DNA from: Mytilus californianus
Taxonomy: Eukaryota
Assembly: GCF_021869535.1 (NCBI RefSeq)
Contig: NW_026262581.1
Coordinates: forward strand, 86,056,001-86,120,000
Direction of reading: 5' to 3'
Length of the DNA: 64,000 bases
Shown: in pieces, positions 40,086 to 53,800 of the stretch
Layout of the letters: each line of letters begins with the position of its first letter
Numbering within the stretch: position 1 is the first letter of the stretch
Notes under the pieces: generated by a model
What the model was told of the DNA's origin: nothing
The model's input: only the letters and a program-made list of their open reading frames with translations
Database searches by the model: none
Position numbers and translations under genes: made by a program

Positions 40086-40430
40086 CTACAAAACATATAA
40101 TGAATACTACATTAAAGAATTTTTAATTATAAGAAAGTGTTCAGTATCTAAAAGCGTCAAATGTTTTTAATTTCCTTCTTTTATTCCTGTTTAAGTGCTT
40201 ATAGCCAATAATAACTAACATAATCGGGTTTTTTTTTCATTTTGCTATTTCTTGTCGGATGAAAATTATAAGTAAAATTATTTTTAGTTCTGTTTTCAAT
40301 ACCGTATAAGATTTTTTTTTAATTTCTACATTTTTTTGTGCAAGATTTTTTTTTTATAAAAATTTATCTTTATTTTTTGATATACGGATTTAAGGATAAG
40401 AAAATATGTCAATAAAATTGAATACATCAC

Positions 40431-40467
40431 CTTTCACGTAGATATCATATGATTTTGTCATTTCCAT
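40431..40467 (-). CDS. AOC: AOC coding exon 1 (MEMTKSYDIYVK + phase-1 G)
   Basis: ATG at 40467; donor AAG|GTGATG; phase 1 matches acceptor TTTTGTAG|AA at 40085 (G|AA = Glu). Confidence 0.6.
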
Positions 40468-40547
40468 ATTGACCGTTGAAAACCTTCCAGAGAGGAAATT
40501 CTTTTTGTAGGTTAAGTTTACAATCTAAAATAAAATCATATAATTTA

Positions 40548-40932
40548 TACTTCTAAACCTGCACCTTACAACGCAGGAGTCATCGTGTACCATAAGGTTC
40601 CTACTTCTAAACCTGCACCTTACAACGCAGGAGTCATGGTGTACCATAAGGTTCCTACTTCTTAACCTGCACCTTACAACGCAGGAGTCATGGTGTACCA
40701 TAAGTTTACTACTTCTAAACCTGCACCTTACAACGCAGGAGTCATGGTGTACCATAAGGTTCCTACTTCTAAACCTGCACCTTACAACGCAGGAGTCATG
40801 GTGTACCATAAGGTTCCTACTTCTAAACCTGCACCTTACAACGCAGGAGTCATGGTGTACCATAAGTTTACTACTTCTAAACCTGCACCTTACAACGCAG
40901 GAGTCATGGTGTACCATAAGGTTCCTACTTCT
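40548..40932. repeat. 54-bp tandem repeat, about 7 copies, just upstream of the AOC start exon
   Basis: Unit TACTTCTAAACCTGCACCTTACAACGCAGGAGTCATGGTGTACCATAAGGTTCC. Confidence 0.95.
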
Positions 40933-42919
40933 ATCTTCAGCCACTAAATGTTCCACTATACACATTTCGGTCCTTTTAACTAATAAAAAAACTTTTTTAA
41001 AGGTTATGACCAAATTTATAAATATAGTTAGATGTTTCAAAACTACCTGCAGATATTCGGACTATATATTCTGGGAAACCAATTCAGATCTTTTTTAAAA
41101 TAGAAAGGAAATTTATCATGCCTCACCAGCAAACTATTATCAATTCTAACATAAAAATGATAAATTCTGTCCTTGGATACTCGTTTATTTCTCTGTTTTG
41201 AGGGGAATTTTTTTTAAATTAAAATAAAATTGCTATCCAGGGATGTAAGAGTTACTGGTATATGATAATTTAGAATTACACAGAATAAAATGAAATTACT
41301 ATCCAGGGATGTGAGGCTTACATGTTTTTGATAATTTAGAAATGGCAACTGTACTCACATTCAATTATTTGATGTTAATAGTAGTTGACTTTTATGATAT
41401 GAATGATGGGAACGAGCTGTTTTACCTGCGTACATTAAACATTTTGAATCATTTGACCAAACAATAGGTAGGTCCGTAGGTAGGAATTATTTCTATTTTA
41501 TTTGAGCAAGTTAAAAAAAATCGACGATTTTATTCTCAATGAATATTTCAACAGGCGGAAACCCAGTTGAAAGAGAACAAAAGAATCGAAGCTCTTTGTT
41601 AGAGAAGGCGATAAATGCTTACTGTAATGTTTACTATAGTAACAAAATTTTTAAAAGTTAATAGAAACAAATAAAATGACAGTTTTCGGCTAAATTACGA
41701 TGTATTTTTTCATAAAAACACAATTTGCATAAGTTTTCAATTTATCTATTACATAATTAAGCAGAACAATTAGATACCAAGTCGACGACATGGTTGTCTA
41801 TTCAGTTGGATCTAAAAAATGCATAACCTCCGATTTTTTATTTTTTTTTTACCACGGACGGAGAACATATCAATCTATTTGTTCCTTAATTTTCGTTTCT
41901 GCCCTTCCATTATGTAACTCAAGAAAAAATTCAAAAAATGGGTAACAATTGCATCGAAAAGATCAAATCGAGTGCACTTTTTTATGTTAGGGCGTGTTTG
42001 AGTTAAATATTTTGTCTTGAAAACGTATAAAGCAAGAGTATTTGATACATCATCTCGCTTCAGATTCTATTAATTTTATATATCAAGGCTACAGGTTGAC
42101 TTTATAACATCGAAAGTTCACAGTACTGAAAAATTAAATATATGGGTCAAGTGAAATACCTTTCTAATGAATCACAAAAACAGAATAGGTGTGTTTGAAT
42201 AGCAAATTTTTACTAAAAGTACTTGACGACTGACTTTTAAGTTGGATCTTAAAAATGCATATCTTCGAAAAAACTTCATTTTTTGTGTGTGATAATGAGG
42301 GTTTATAGTCTTCAACCACTGAAAATTTTTAGTCTGCCCTTCCACGAAATATTTAATTAGAATTTTTTTAAATGTTTATGAATTTCCAAAAATTCCACCT
42401 GACAACCGATCCGACAATAGTTTTAAGTTGACTGAATGCAGACAAGTACATTAACTGATGCTCATTAGCTAGTAGATACATTTGTCTTTTAAAATACACC
42501 TGGCATATAAGGATCGTAATGGTGCTATGTGGATAAATTTATCGGTTTTCAAGAGCTAAATTGGAAGCGCGTCATCCCTAAAATGGCTTCCATTTTTACG
42601 ATTGTAAAAATGAACTGGCGTAATGGGGAGATAATTTTGACGAAGTAGAATCCTGACTGTCAAGGTGTGGTGTACTTCTATTGGGTGAAATTATATCAAA
42701 ATTTTTGAAAAAAATCATCATTGTGAAAACAATATCGGTAATTGGAAATGTGGAAGATACAAGAGCGACCATTAACATTGACGATATTCCAAAAATAGAC
42801 ATCTGCAGGCAACAATTAAGACACTGTTTTACTAATAAGCTGCTAATATTCACATAAAAAAACTTTCAAAATGGTGAGAATTAAAGGCGGGAATTTTACC
42901 CCCTTAATGAAAAATCAGC

Positions 42920-44222
42920 CTTCTGGCGAACTGTTGCGGCAGATCTGCCGCAAACACTGCGGTAAGGTTGCTGCAAATAGTTTGCGGCAACTTCACCGCG
43001 ACTTTTTACCATGCAAATGAAGGTTGCGGCAGACTTGCCGCAAAGTTTGATAGCCTTATATAGTTTGTGGTGAACTTCTGGCGACTATTTGTGGTGAACC
43101 TCTGGCGAACTTTGATAGCCTTATATAGTTTGTGGCGAACCTCTGGCAATTTTTGTGGTGAACTTCCGGCAAACTTTAAAAGCCTTATATAGTTTGCGGT
43201 GAACTTCTGGCAAATCAAATGATAATGATGCCCTATGACTACCTTTCTGTTAATTCTTTTTCAAAACTGTACGTCTCATTCAAAACATGCACATATGGAT
43301 CAAAATTTAGATTGTATTAATTATTATGACCAATAATTGTTATTTACCTGCTCACCTTCTGATCAAAATTTCTTTAAAAAAAAAAAAAAACAATATAGGT
43401 ACATGTATATCTATTAATTTACTCAGTGCAGAATTCAGAATGAGCTGATTAATTTCTTAACAGATTCATATGTATTAAAAAAATCAAGAACAGATCTGTT
43501 TTCATAAGGCCAAATTTATAAAGAAACTGGGATTAAGGCATTATACATTTATACTGTATTAAGCATAAAATTATATCTAAAATATTAATCAAATGTGATT
43601 TAACAATAAAGAATTACAAATTATTTGAACATAAAAAGACCATTCCTGCAAAACATCATTATCCACATAGTTTAATTAGTTTACAACTGTTATGATATTT
43701 CTCTAAGAGCAGTAAGGGTGTAACAAAATTGTTATTTTCAAAATGGGGGTTCTTTGCCATACATTTTGTACCAATAATAACAAATTAACATGCAAAAAAT
43801 GTCTAAAATGACTTACAAAGAGATGATCAATGATGCATGGCCTGTTCCAGGAACTAATTGAATCATATATAACTCAGACATCTATCATATATAACATCCA
43901 TTTACTTTATACATGAAAACACCAACATTAAAACTTCCCTCCTATTTCAAATTTAAAGAAGCAGGAAGTCTGATTTTAGTGCAGGGAGCATGCTCAGTAT
44001 GCTATAAAGTTTGCGGCAAAGTTCCAGCAAACTTTAGGACTGCTTTAAAGTTTGTTTACAAAATTCCTTCAATTTTAAGAAAGTTAAGAGTTTGCGGCAA
44101 ACTTTTACATTTGTTTGCCGAAAGGTTGCTGCTAGCGGCGCACACTGGTGAACAATTTTCAGGTCTTCTGGCGAACTAAAAAGATTGCCGCAAGTTTGCT
44201 GCAACCTTACCGCAAGGTCACA
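42920..44222. mobile_element. Decayed foldback element with (TTTGCGGCAA) subterminal repeats
   Basis: TGCGGTAAGGTTGC at about 42957 and GCAACCTTACCGCA at about 44201 are inverted; many ttgccgcaa/ttgcggcaa motifs in both arms. Confidence 0.5.
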
Positions 44223-44324
44223 ATTTGTCACAATTAAGAGACTGCATCAGAGGAAAGTTCAAATTGTTTGCAAATGAAATAATTGGGATGGTACCATTCA
44301 TAAAGGAAATTTCAAAAGTTTAAA

Positions 44325-44473
44325 ATGTACTTTGAACGCTAAATGATGGCAGTATCTCACAGTCGTAGGAGCAAATAGATGGACTTACGAGCTTCAATTC
44401 CGTGTACTTCGAACGCTAAATGATGGCAGTATCTCACAGTCGTAGGAGCAGATGGACTTACGAGCTTCAATTC
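44325..44473. repeat. Direct tandem duplication of about 75 bp
   Basis: GAACGCTAAATGATGGCAGTATCTCACAGTCGTAGGAGCA...GATGGACTTACGAGCTTCAATTC occurs twice. Confidence 0.9.
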
Positions 44474-46445
44474 ATGGCTATATACATGCAAGGAGTCATT
44501 TAAAAAAAAATATATATATGAGACATGCAAGATTAACTTACAGCAGTCACTGGTGTTGTTATTTCCTCACCGGAAGGCTCTCCTTCCATCAACTATATTC
44601 ACCCTTTTATTTCTATTTATAACTAAACAGTATATTTACATATCTCAAATAGCTCGTAAAGAAGATTTTCCATTTAAAATTCAGCTGATATTTACGAAAA
44701 GAATTGTAACTTTGGAATTTTTTTCATGTGTGACGAATAAACGGCTGTTATTCGGTATATCGAGAAAAATGATCGTGAAAGAATAAGTAACGGTGGTCAA
44801 GTATCTGGTATCGGACCGTGAAAGCAATTAAATATACAATTCAGCTGCAAAATCTGTAATAATATACGTTGTTTTATTAACAGGTGGAAAAGAAGTCTAA
44901 TAATGGTTGAAATTGTTAATTAGACTAAGTAATAATTTTTCCCTCTCCTTTTCCAAAATCCGTTTTTTTTTCTAATTTCAATCATTTTCGTGTTGGACAA
45001 ATGTATTATCTACTAAAAACAACATGTGTTTACTACTTACTATCAATTAATTGGTAATTTACTATCCACGGCGGTCATTGTGAGGATGGATAGATGGCTG
45101 TTTTATGTCCAATGGCAAATCCAATACAAAATGGAGTCACTGCTGTTCTTCTCTCGTGTCGGATACTGTATTTTTACCTTTTAAATCTAGAAGACGTTTT
45201 TCGAAATAGATGTATTATATTTCGAAATGGTATCTACTCGATGCAGAGGTTGAAAAATAAGACTGTTTTTTTTAAAATGTGATTTTAAGATTTATATTAC
45301 AAAATGTACTGAATATCATTTGAATCTTATGTCATAACTGAAAGGTACGGATGTCAACGTATATTTGTTCATAAAAAACAAATGTCCCTTAAGAAACAGT
45401 ATTATAGACAATTTCATTATGAATATTCCTTATGTAACAAATCTTCCATAACTCATGGAATAAAGGTTAAGAGCTCCCAAAATATTTGTTTCCATTTGGA
45501 ACATCAACATGGAGAAGGGGATTGCAGAAAGAAAATGGATCCAGAAGAAAGAAGAGAAGGGAAGCCGAGATAAAAGAGTAGGGGATGAGAGAAAAAAATC
45601 CCCTTCCCACCCTTATAAATTTTAAAAAGCTAAATATAATTGGTGTTTTTTTACATTTTCAAAATCAATAGGATTCTTTAACTTAAAGGGCTTTTTCCTC
45701 AAAGTTAGAAGTTTTGGAGGGTCATACCGTGAAAAACTGTCTTATCATATAATACGATGGAAGTCTGGCGTTGGGCGGATGGACGTGCTGGCGACCGTGG
45801 AAAGGGGGTATAATTTTGTGCCAAAAAAAAACTCTCCCACAGTTTTTATCTTGAGAGCTTTTGCACAATGTATACATATATTTTTTCTCTCCTTTTATGG
45901 ATTCATTTTGGATATATTATGCAGATTTTCAGGAGGTTGAAAATAAGTGATTTTTTTGTGCAAAATCCATATTAAACTTTGCAAATAATCTTATGTATAA
46001 TAATCTGTTTAATGAAATCTCGGGAATATATATGCAATGTGTGTTTCCTTTCATATTATACTGTGACCTGTTATTGTAAACAAGAAAACAAATGATTATA
46101 ATAATTCTGTAAGTTTGCCCACAGGTACAAGTTGAGATTTGTTTCAGTAATAATACTGAATACACTAACGTTAGTGTATTCAGTATATATAAATAAGTTA
46201 AAAAAATCTCGTCTTGTACCTGTGTACTTGTCAACCTCTGAAAATGAAACAGAGGTTAAGATTTTTCTATAGAGTGGTTAAGGTCCCGGTACCAGCGATG
46301 CCGCCTTCCAACCACATAATCTTAAACAAATGAAGACGCCAATCAAACCTAAAAATTTCATTACTATTACATGGAGGAACATTGTGGAAAGAAAATCCCG
46401 CATTAATACAAAAGCATTCAAAATCCAGTATTCATCAACCGACCT

Positions 46446-48436
46446 AAAGTCTGTTCAAGGTGACTAATTGACAAACATATCAAGGGTCTATTGTCAGCAA
46501 CTGATTGACTTACGCATCAAGAGTATGTTCTCGGTGACTGATTGACTAACACATCAAGAGTCTGTTCTCAGAGACTGATTGACTTACATATCAAGAGTCA
46601 TTTCTCAACGACTGATTGAATTACACCCCAAAAGTCTGTTCTAAGCAACTGATTGACTAGCACATCAAGAGTCTGTTCTCAGTGACTAATTGACAAACAC
46701 ATCAAGAGTCTGTTCTAAACGAATGATTGACTAACTCATCAAGAGTCTGTTCTCAGCAACTGATTGACTAACATGTCAAGCGACTGTTCTCAGTGACTGA
46801 ATGACTAACGCAACAAAAGTCTGTTCACTGTGACTAATTGACAAACATGTCAAGAGTCTGTTGTCAGCAGCTGATTGACTTCCACATCAAGAGTGTTCTC
46901 AGTGACTGATTAACCAGGGGCGGATCCAGCCATTTTTAAAAGGGGGTTCCCAACCCAGGATAAAGGGGGGGGGGGGGGTTCCAACTATATGTCCTCATTC
47001 AAATGAATTGATCGTCAAAAAAGGGAACCCCCGGAACCCCCCCTGATTAACTAACACATCAAGAGTGTGTTCTCAGTGACTGATTGACTTACGTATCAAG
47101 AGTCTGTTCTCAACGACTGATTGAATAACACATCAAGAGTCTGTTCTCGGTGACTGATTAACTAACACATCAAGAGTGCGTTCTCAGTGACTGATTGACT
47201 TACATATCAAGAGTCTGTTCTCAACGACTGATTGAATTACACATCAAGAGTCTGTTCTAAGCAACTGATTGACTAACACATCAAGAGTGTGTTCTCAGTG
47301 ACTGATTGACTTACATATCAAGAGTCTGTTCTCAATGACTGATTGAATTACACATCAAGAGTCTGTTCTCAGTGACTGATTAACTAACACATCAAGAGTG
47401 TGTTCTCAGTGACTGATTGACTTACGTATCAAGAGTCTGTTCTCAACGACTGATTGAATAACACATCAAGAGTATGTTCTCAGTGACTGATTAACTAACA
47501 CATCAAGAGTGTGTTCTCAGTGACTGATTGACTTACATATCAAGAGTCTGTTCTCAACGACTGATTGAATAACACATCAAGAGTATGTTCTCAGTGACTG
47601 ATTAACTAACACATCAAGAGTGTGTTCTCAGTGACTGATTGACTTACATATCAAGAGTCTGTTCCCAACGACTGATTGACTTACATATCAAGAGTCTGTT
47701 CTAAGCAACTGATTGAATTACACATCAAGAGTCTGTTCTAAGCAAGAGTCTGTTCTAAGCAACTGATTGAATTACACATCAAGAGTCTGTTCTAAGCAAC
47801 TGATTGACTAACACATCAAGAGTCTGTTCTCAATGACTGATTGACGAACACATCAAGAGTATGTTCTCAGTGAATGATTGACGAACACATCAAGAGTATG
47901 TTCTCAGTGACTGATTGACTTACACATCAAGAGTCTGTTCTAAGCAACTGATTGACTAAAACCTCAAGAGTCTGTTCTCAGCAACTGATTGACTTACACA
48001 TCAAGAGTCTTAATGATCATAATCTTAATGTTTTAGTCAATCAGTTGCTGAGAACAGACTCTTGATATGTAAGTCAATCAGTCGCTGAGAACAGACTCTT
48101 GATGTGTTTGTCAATTAGTCACCGAGAACAGACTCTTTGATGTGAGAGTCAATCAGTCACTGAGAACAGATTTTTGAGGTGTTAGTCCATCAGTTGCTGA
48201 GAACAGACTCTTGACATGTTAGTCAATCAGTTGCTTCGAACAATCTCTTGAGATGTTAGTCAATCAGTTGCTGAGAACAGACTCTTGATGTGTTAGTCAA
48301 TCAGTTGCTTCGAACACTCTTGATGTGTAAGTCAATCAGTCACTGAGAACAGACTCTTGACATGTTAGTCAATCGTTGCTTCGAACAGACTCTTGATGTG
48401 TTAGTCAATCAGTTGCTGAGAACAGACTCTTGATGT
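46446..48436. repeat. 37-bp satellite array (about 50 units): forward to 48010, inverted 48034-48436
   Basis: Unit TGACTGATTGACTAACACATCAAGAGTCTGTTCTCAG and its reverse complement. Confidence 0.95.
46915..47045. mobile_element. 131-bp CAGGGGCGGATCCAG-type MITE remnant inside the satellite
   Basis: CAGGGG...CCCCTG ends; ATTAAC duplicated on both sides. Confidence 0.7.
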
Positions 48437-48529
48437 AGGATATCTATCTTGTTGCCATTAAATGAGGCCTTCTTTGAGGTGTGTTATTTTGTATAAAAGG
48501 CAATTACACAACATGATGAGGATGATAAT

Positions 48530-48712
48530 GGTTGGCTGTTTAAAGTCCAAGTGCTATTTCACAAGGTAATAGTCCTCTGGAAGACATATCTCCCTACCTG
48601 AACACAGTATTCTGACTCCGAGCCATCCAGTCTTTGCTCTTACTCCCTAATGCCGTATTCTTAATGGAGAAGCAGCAAATACCATTTTTAGTCTGGTTTG
48701 ACCTGGCCAAGG
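48530..48712 (-). mobile_element. SINE fragment, same family as 5468-5778
   Basis: Shares ATTCTGACTCCGAGCC..CAGTCTTTGC and GAGAAGCAGCAAATACC. Confidence 0.6.
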
Positions 48713-49461
48713 AAAACAGAAGTTAAAGCCACCAAAATATTATCATAGTTAACATTTATATTAAAAGCTCATACATTTGAATGAAAAAAGGCTGAATTTC
48801 AATGTATCAGTATGTTTTTATTTACTTTTGTAAGAGCCATACTAGTATATTTGGTCAGCTTATATCAGTTCAAATCTATGGTTTTATGTTTAGAGGAATC
48901 TTTTTATTTTCAGGAATAGTGTTTATGAAATAACTTTCATCAGTTCTGGTAACCAAAAGATTGGAAAGCCCCCCAAAAAAGTTTGGGATCACAAGAACCC
49001 TAACGGCCTAAACAAAACAAACAAAACAATCTAATGTTATCTTTCTTTGAGAAAGTTTCAACCTTAATTATAGTACAGTTATATTTCTAGAAACCTACAC
49101 ACAAAAAGTATCATTCAAATCATACCAGTACCAAAGCACTGGCTAGAGGGGCAGATGTTACCCTCAGAGACTGATAGTCTACTAGTAGTATATATTAAAT
49201 GTCTAACAAAAAACATTAATGACATATCTAATTTCATTTGGCAAACAAGATTTCATGAAGCTTTTTCTATATTTTTTCCACAGGCTCTTATTAAAGTGCA
49301 GCTATTTTTGTTGGATGTTTACTTACAAGTGACTGAAAGAGTGAACAAGAGTGCATGCACTGAAATGTCTTGCCTGTTTTACTGACCAATGATGTTATGT
49401 TGAAAGTCTTAAAGATGAAGATTTTACTACCAATATCACATAAACTTAAAATTTTTAAAGA

Positions 49462-50399
49462 GCCATGACAATGAGGCCAAGGTAAGATAAATCCTGCCAG
49501 ACAGACATGTACACCTTACAATTATTCTATACACAAAATAAAGTTGACCTATTGCTTATGGTAATTGAAAAAAGGACCAAAACACAAAAACTTAACATTG
49601 ACTAATGAACTATGAAAATGAGGTCAAGGTCAAATTATACCTACCAGACAGACATGTACACTTTACAATCATTCCATACACCAAATATAGTTGACATACT
49701 GCTTATAGTATTTTAAAAACAGACCAAAACACAAAAACTAAATATTGACCAATGAACCATGAAAATGAAGTCACAGTCCAATTATACCTGCCAGACAGAC
49801 ATGTATACCTTACAATCATTCCATACACCAAACATAGTTGACAAACTGCTTATAGTATTTGAAAAACAGACCAAAACACAAAAACTAAACATTGACCAAT
49901 GAACCATGAAAATGAGGTCAAGGTCCAATTATACCTGCCTGACAGACATGTACACCTTACAATCATTCCATACACCAAACATAGTTGACCTACTGCTTAT
50001 AGTATCTGAGAAATGGACCTAATCACGTAAAATTAGCCTTGATCACTGATCCATATAATGAGGTGAACTCTGTCTGACAGACATGTAGAGTTGCAAGAAA
50101 TCCATATACCAAATATAGTTATCATATTGCTCATAATAAGTCAGAAATTCACATGACAAAAAAATGTAATCTTTTTTCACACAGTCGCTGAACCATGAAA
50201 ATGAGGTCAAGGACAATAAAAATATGACAGAAGAAAACTTCTTAACATAAGCTATCTGCATACAAGGTATGAAGCATCCAGGTCTTCTACCTTCTGAAAT
50301 ATAAAGCTTTATACAAATGGTTTACATCGCTGCTGTCCCTGCTGCCGGATAGTAATCCCTATGTCTCACATACTGCGACTTTTGTTGCAGGCGAGACAA
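49462..50399 (-). mobile_element. Second copy of the same HINE family, inverted
   Basis: Reverse complement of the head and about 140-bp units (CCATGAAAATGAGGTCAAGGTC). Confidence 0.75.
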
Positions 50400-50718
50400 T
50401 AAAAAACTCAATATTTAATATTTCATACATCTTAATAAACATGCAAATCAATTATACATGTAACAGTAATCCCTATGTAAATATGCATAACAATAGTTTA
50501 CAAACAGTTTCATATCATGCAAAATTTTATTCAAAGGGAAAACAAATAATTTTGCCTTCTCTTCTGTGTTGTCATTCAACTTCATTATTTGTTCATACAT
50601 TTGTATTTGACTGAATCTGCTTTTAACACAAGCACAATGATCTTATTACCATTGCAAAATTCCAACAATCTTTTGATGTTTTTAGGTCTTAAATTGAGAG
50701 AAACCAACAAAATCATAT

Positions 50719-50814
50719 TCATACATCTTTGAACCGTGGTATCACTGGTAAAATCAGATTTCCAAAAGACGAATCTTGTGTGATGAAATATCCAAAAGAA
50801 TTTGCATTGGCATG
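50719..50814 (-). CDS. INIP: INIP terminal coding exon (HANANSFGYFITQDSSFGNLILPVIPRFKDV*)
   Basis: Long pyrimidine tract + CAG acceptor; conserved GYFITQDSxFGNLILPV motif; TGA stop. Confidence 0.95.
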   Translation of the reverse strand, partial: HANANSFGYFITQDSSFGNLILPVIPRFKDV

Positions 50815-53800
50815 CTGAAAAAAAAAACACAAAGTATAAATTTATCACATGATTAGATGTCAAATGAACTCATCTGCATAATTTATTTAAACAAATTCAA
50901 ATAAAATTCAAACTGAATAATATGTGGAAAGACTATGAGATCAAGGTCAAATTTCATGTATCAAAAGGTTAAATCACATAGCAGGCTTAAGATATCAGGT
51001 CTAACATAATTAAATGGAATAACAACTAAAGTAAAGTTGTGCATTTAATAAATACCTGAAAAACTGACCTGATATGAAAATATTCAATAACAAGAATGTG
51101 TCCATAGTACACGGATGCCCCACTCACACTATCATTTTCTATGTTCAGTGGACCGTGAAATTGGGGTCAAATCTCTAATTTGGCATTAAATTAGAAAAAT
51201 CATATCATATGGAACATGTGTACTAAGTTTCAAGTTGATTGGACTTCAACTTCATCAAAAAATACCTTGACCAAAAACTTTAACCTGACACGGTACAGAC
51301 GGACGAACGAACGGACGGACAGGGGTAAATTTATAGGCCCCAACATTTTGTCGCGGGGGCATAAAAAGTAGGTCTTGGTGATGTTCTTAGGCCTATCTTC
51401 ATTCTATTATGATCATTATAAAATAAAATAACTCTGTGGTAAATAAAGGTGTCATTCAGGCATACCAGTAATCAGACCAGTACATACAGAACGTATTTAT
51501 AGTTCATTGTTTCCTTGTACATTTACCAGACATCTTTTAATGTTATCAATACTACTCATATGAAGTCATTTAAGAAATTGTACCTGTAATGCTGCTCTTT
51601 GAGCTGGTGTCATGTTGTGAGTCTCCATTACAAGTGTTGACTGAGAATAAACAATGTAAAATATTATATATCTTACTAAAACAGCATTATGTTTGCATTA
51701 TTGTCCTTTTGTCATTATGGATAGTTGTTTTATTGGGAATCATTCCATTTTTCTTTTTTATAATAAAAATAGTTATTTTGCTCTGCTATTTTTATTACAT
51801 GTTATCTGAGGTTGTCTGATGCCCGGTGTACCTTAATTTTTCCCCTATATCCATTTTTATTCTAAATTACGTATTTAATCTTCAAAAGAGAAAGATTGCT
51901 TCCCTTAAATGTTTTGTTAACAAGAATAATTCAAGCAAAATGTTTTAAATATTGATACAAGCTTTTACCTCTATATACAGTACTGAAGAACTATCTACAT
52001 TGTTTTTTTTGGTGCAAACAGATAAACTTAAAGCAATTAACATACTCAAGATTCAAGCTTTGACAGAGGTAGGGTTTTTCTTTCTTATTATTGTGGCAGA
52101 AAAGGGTATTTATTTTCTTTTTTGGCTTTTGGCTTTTTTACAGAATACTATGTTATCAATTTAAGAAAAAATATACAGGCTTCAACCATTTGTTTCGAAT
52201 AAAGGGACATTTAGAAAGGATATTTTATCCTATCTTTGATAAAATGAAAAAAAAATGGATAGCACTTTCTGAGTGATATAGACAGTGAAATTGGTTTTAC
52301 TCACAGAAGGATTGGCTGGTAAGGCTGGCTGCTGAACTGCAGGAGGAGTACTAAAAAGTCAATGTTTTCATAAATAAGATATCAATTTGTTCAATGTAAG
52401 GCTTAATACGTGTTAATTAAAAAAAAAAAAAGTCAAGCACTATAAGTCTTAGCTTTAGTTTTTAAAAGAAGTCACAAGTTCACAACTACTAACACAAATT
52501 CTAACAACCTGTAGATGTTGTCCCAAGTCATAAGTCCTTGATCCAATTTACTAGTTATGACCAATCAGTAACTTTACAAGGTACACCAAATATAAAATAA
52601 ATCAATCATATACTGTAAACCAACTTGTTTTTGCAAATACTTTATTTCTTGTTTAGCCCTTTCTAGCCCACTTTGCTGCAAAATTATTTTGCGATTCCAA
52701 ATTTACTTGATGTATTTAAATAAGGGAAGATCCAAGTTTTACATATTTTCTATGATTTATATTTGTGTTATTTTTCTACTTGCAAAAATGAGTTGGTTTA
52801 CAGTATATTAAATAAATGTACAAACTATGTAGATGTAATTACTTATGAAGTCCTTTATATAGTAATGGTACAGCTATGACCAGTGGCAAGTCATCTTACT
52901 ACACAAAATTAAACTAAATTATAATAATAAACCTTTGGTGAAATAAGTTGTTGTAAGATCTTTTGTGAAAAGTGTCATATTATTAGTTGTTTTATTTTTA
53001 CTCCAATTTACTTTCCGATTAATAAAACAGGAATCTATAGACTCAACACTAAACTGTTCTATTAACTCATTTATGTTCTTCTTGCAGTGTATCCATAATA
53101 CAAGGAATATTAAAAAATCTAAAATGATGATTAAAATAATAATGCTGAAATAAAGAATATTAAAAATTCAATTTCATAACTGTAAATTCAGAAATTATTG
53201 TGTGCCTTTATTATTGCAATTTTTGAAGAATGGACAAAACTGCTCGATTTATTATAGCGATTTCAATTCTAGCTTGCAAGCTCTTATTATTGTGATACTA
53301 ATCCGTTGGCATTATTCGCATTACTAAAAACCTCACAATAAATAATTTCTGACTTAATTGTTTATTGCTGATACATGTTTCTTTGTCATAATGTTGAATA
53401 TTCTATTCTAAATAGGTTGTTTCAAACATTGTATATTTTGATGGATGATTTTTTTTAAAACAACCAGTGGATAATCTTTCATCCTTATTCAGGATAAGAA
53501 TAATATAATGTATAAATATGAACCACATTTCCTACTAGACTGCGACATATCTTAACCTTCTAGTCAAAAAGGTAGCAGTCAACAGTAAGACATACCAACA
53601 TTCCTTTTTATTCATATATCATTCTACCCAGATACATGTTTCAAAGCCAACCTGGCTGTTCTTAATCCTAAATGATGCACACATGGGGAACAACAGAAAA
53701 TACCAAATTGAAAATACTAGCTGTTGACGTAACTCATTGCCTTCCTAACTCATGATGAGCATGCCTCAACAAGTCCACAAAAGATTCTATTTTATATGCA

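Larger units (their letters stand above)
36583..40467 (-). pseudogene. AOC: Copper-containing amine oxidase (AOC1/AOC2/AOC3 family), type II membrane-anchored; 3 coding exons; one in-frame TAA at 38539-38541 (null allele, young pseudogene or consensus error)
   Basis: join(40467..40431, 40085..37966, 36882..36583) = 2457 nt, frame-consistent GT-AG junctions. N-terminal TM segment (IIAFILGLLSSGLAIALIVVVI); TPQ motif TISNYDY; Cu ligands HQH and YHIPHTED; DLVAWIT start of last exon as in AOC2/3. Ortholog within the family not resolved. Confidence 0.88.

Noticed and set aside
40525-41040. Repetitive ORFs of 171 aa (-) and 85 aa (+)
   Set aside because: Artefacts of a 54-bp (18-codon) stop-free tandem repeat; no splice or homology support.
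46446-48436. 37-bp repeat array superficially CRISPR-like in unit length
   Set aside because: Units abut with no unique spacers, there are no cas genes, and the context is eukaryotic; it is a satellite.
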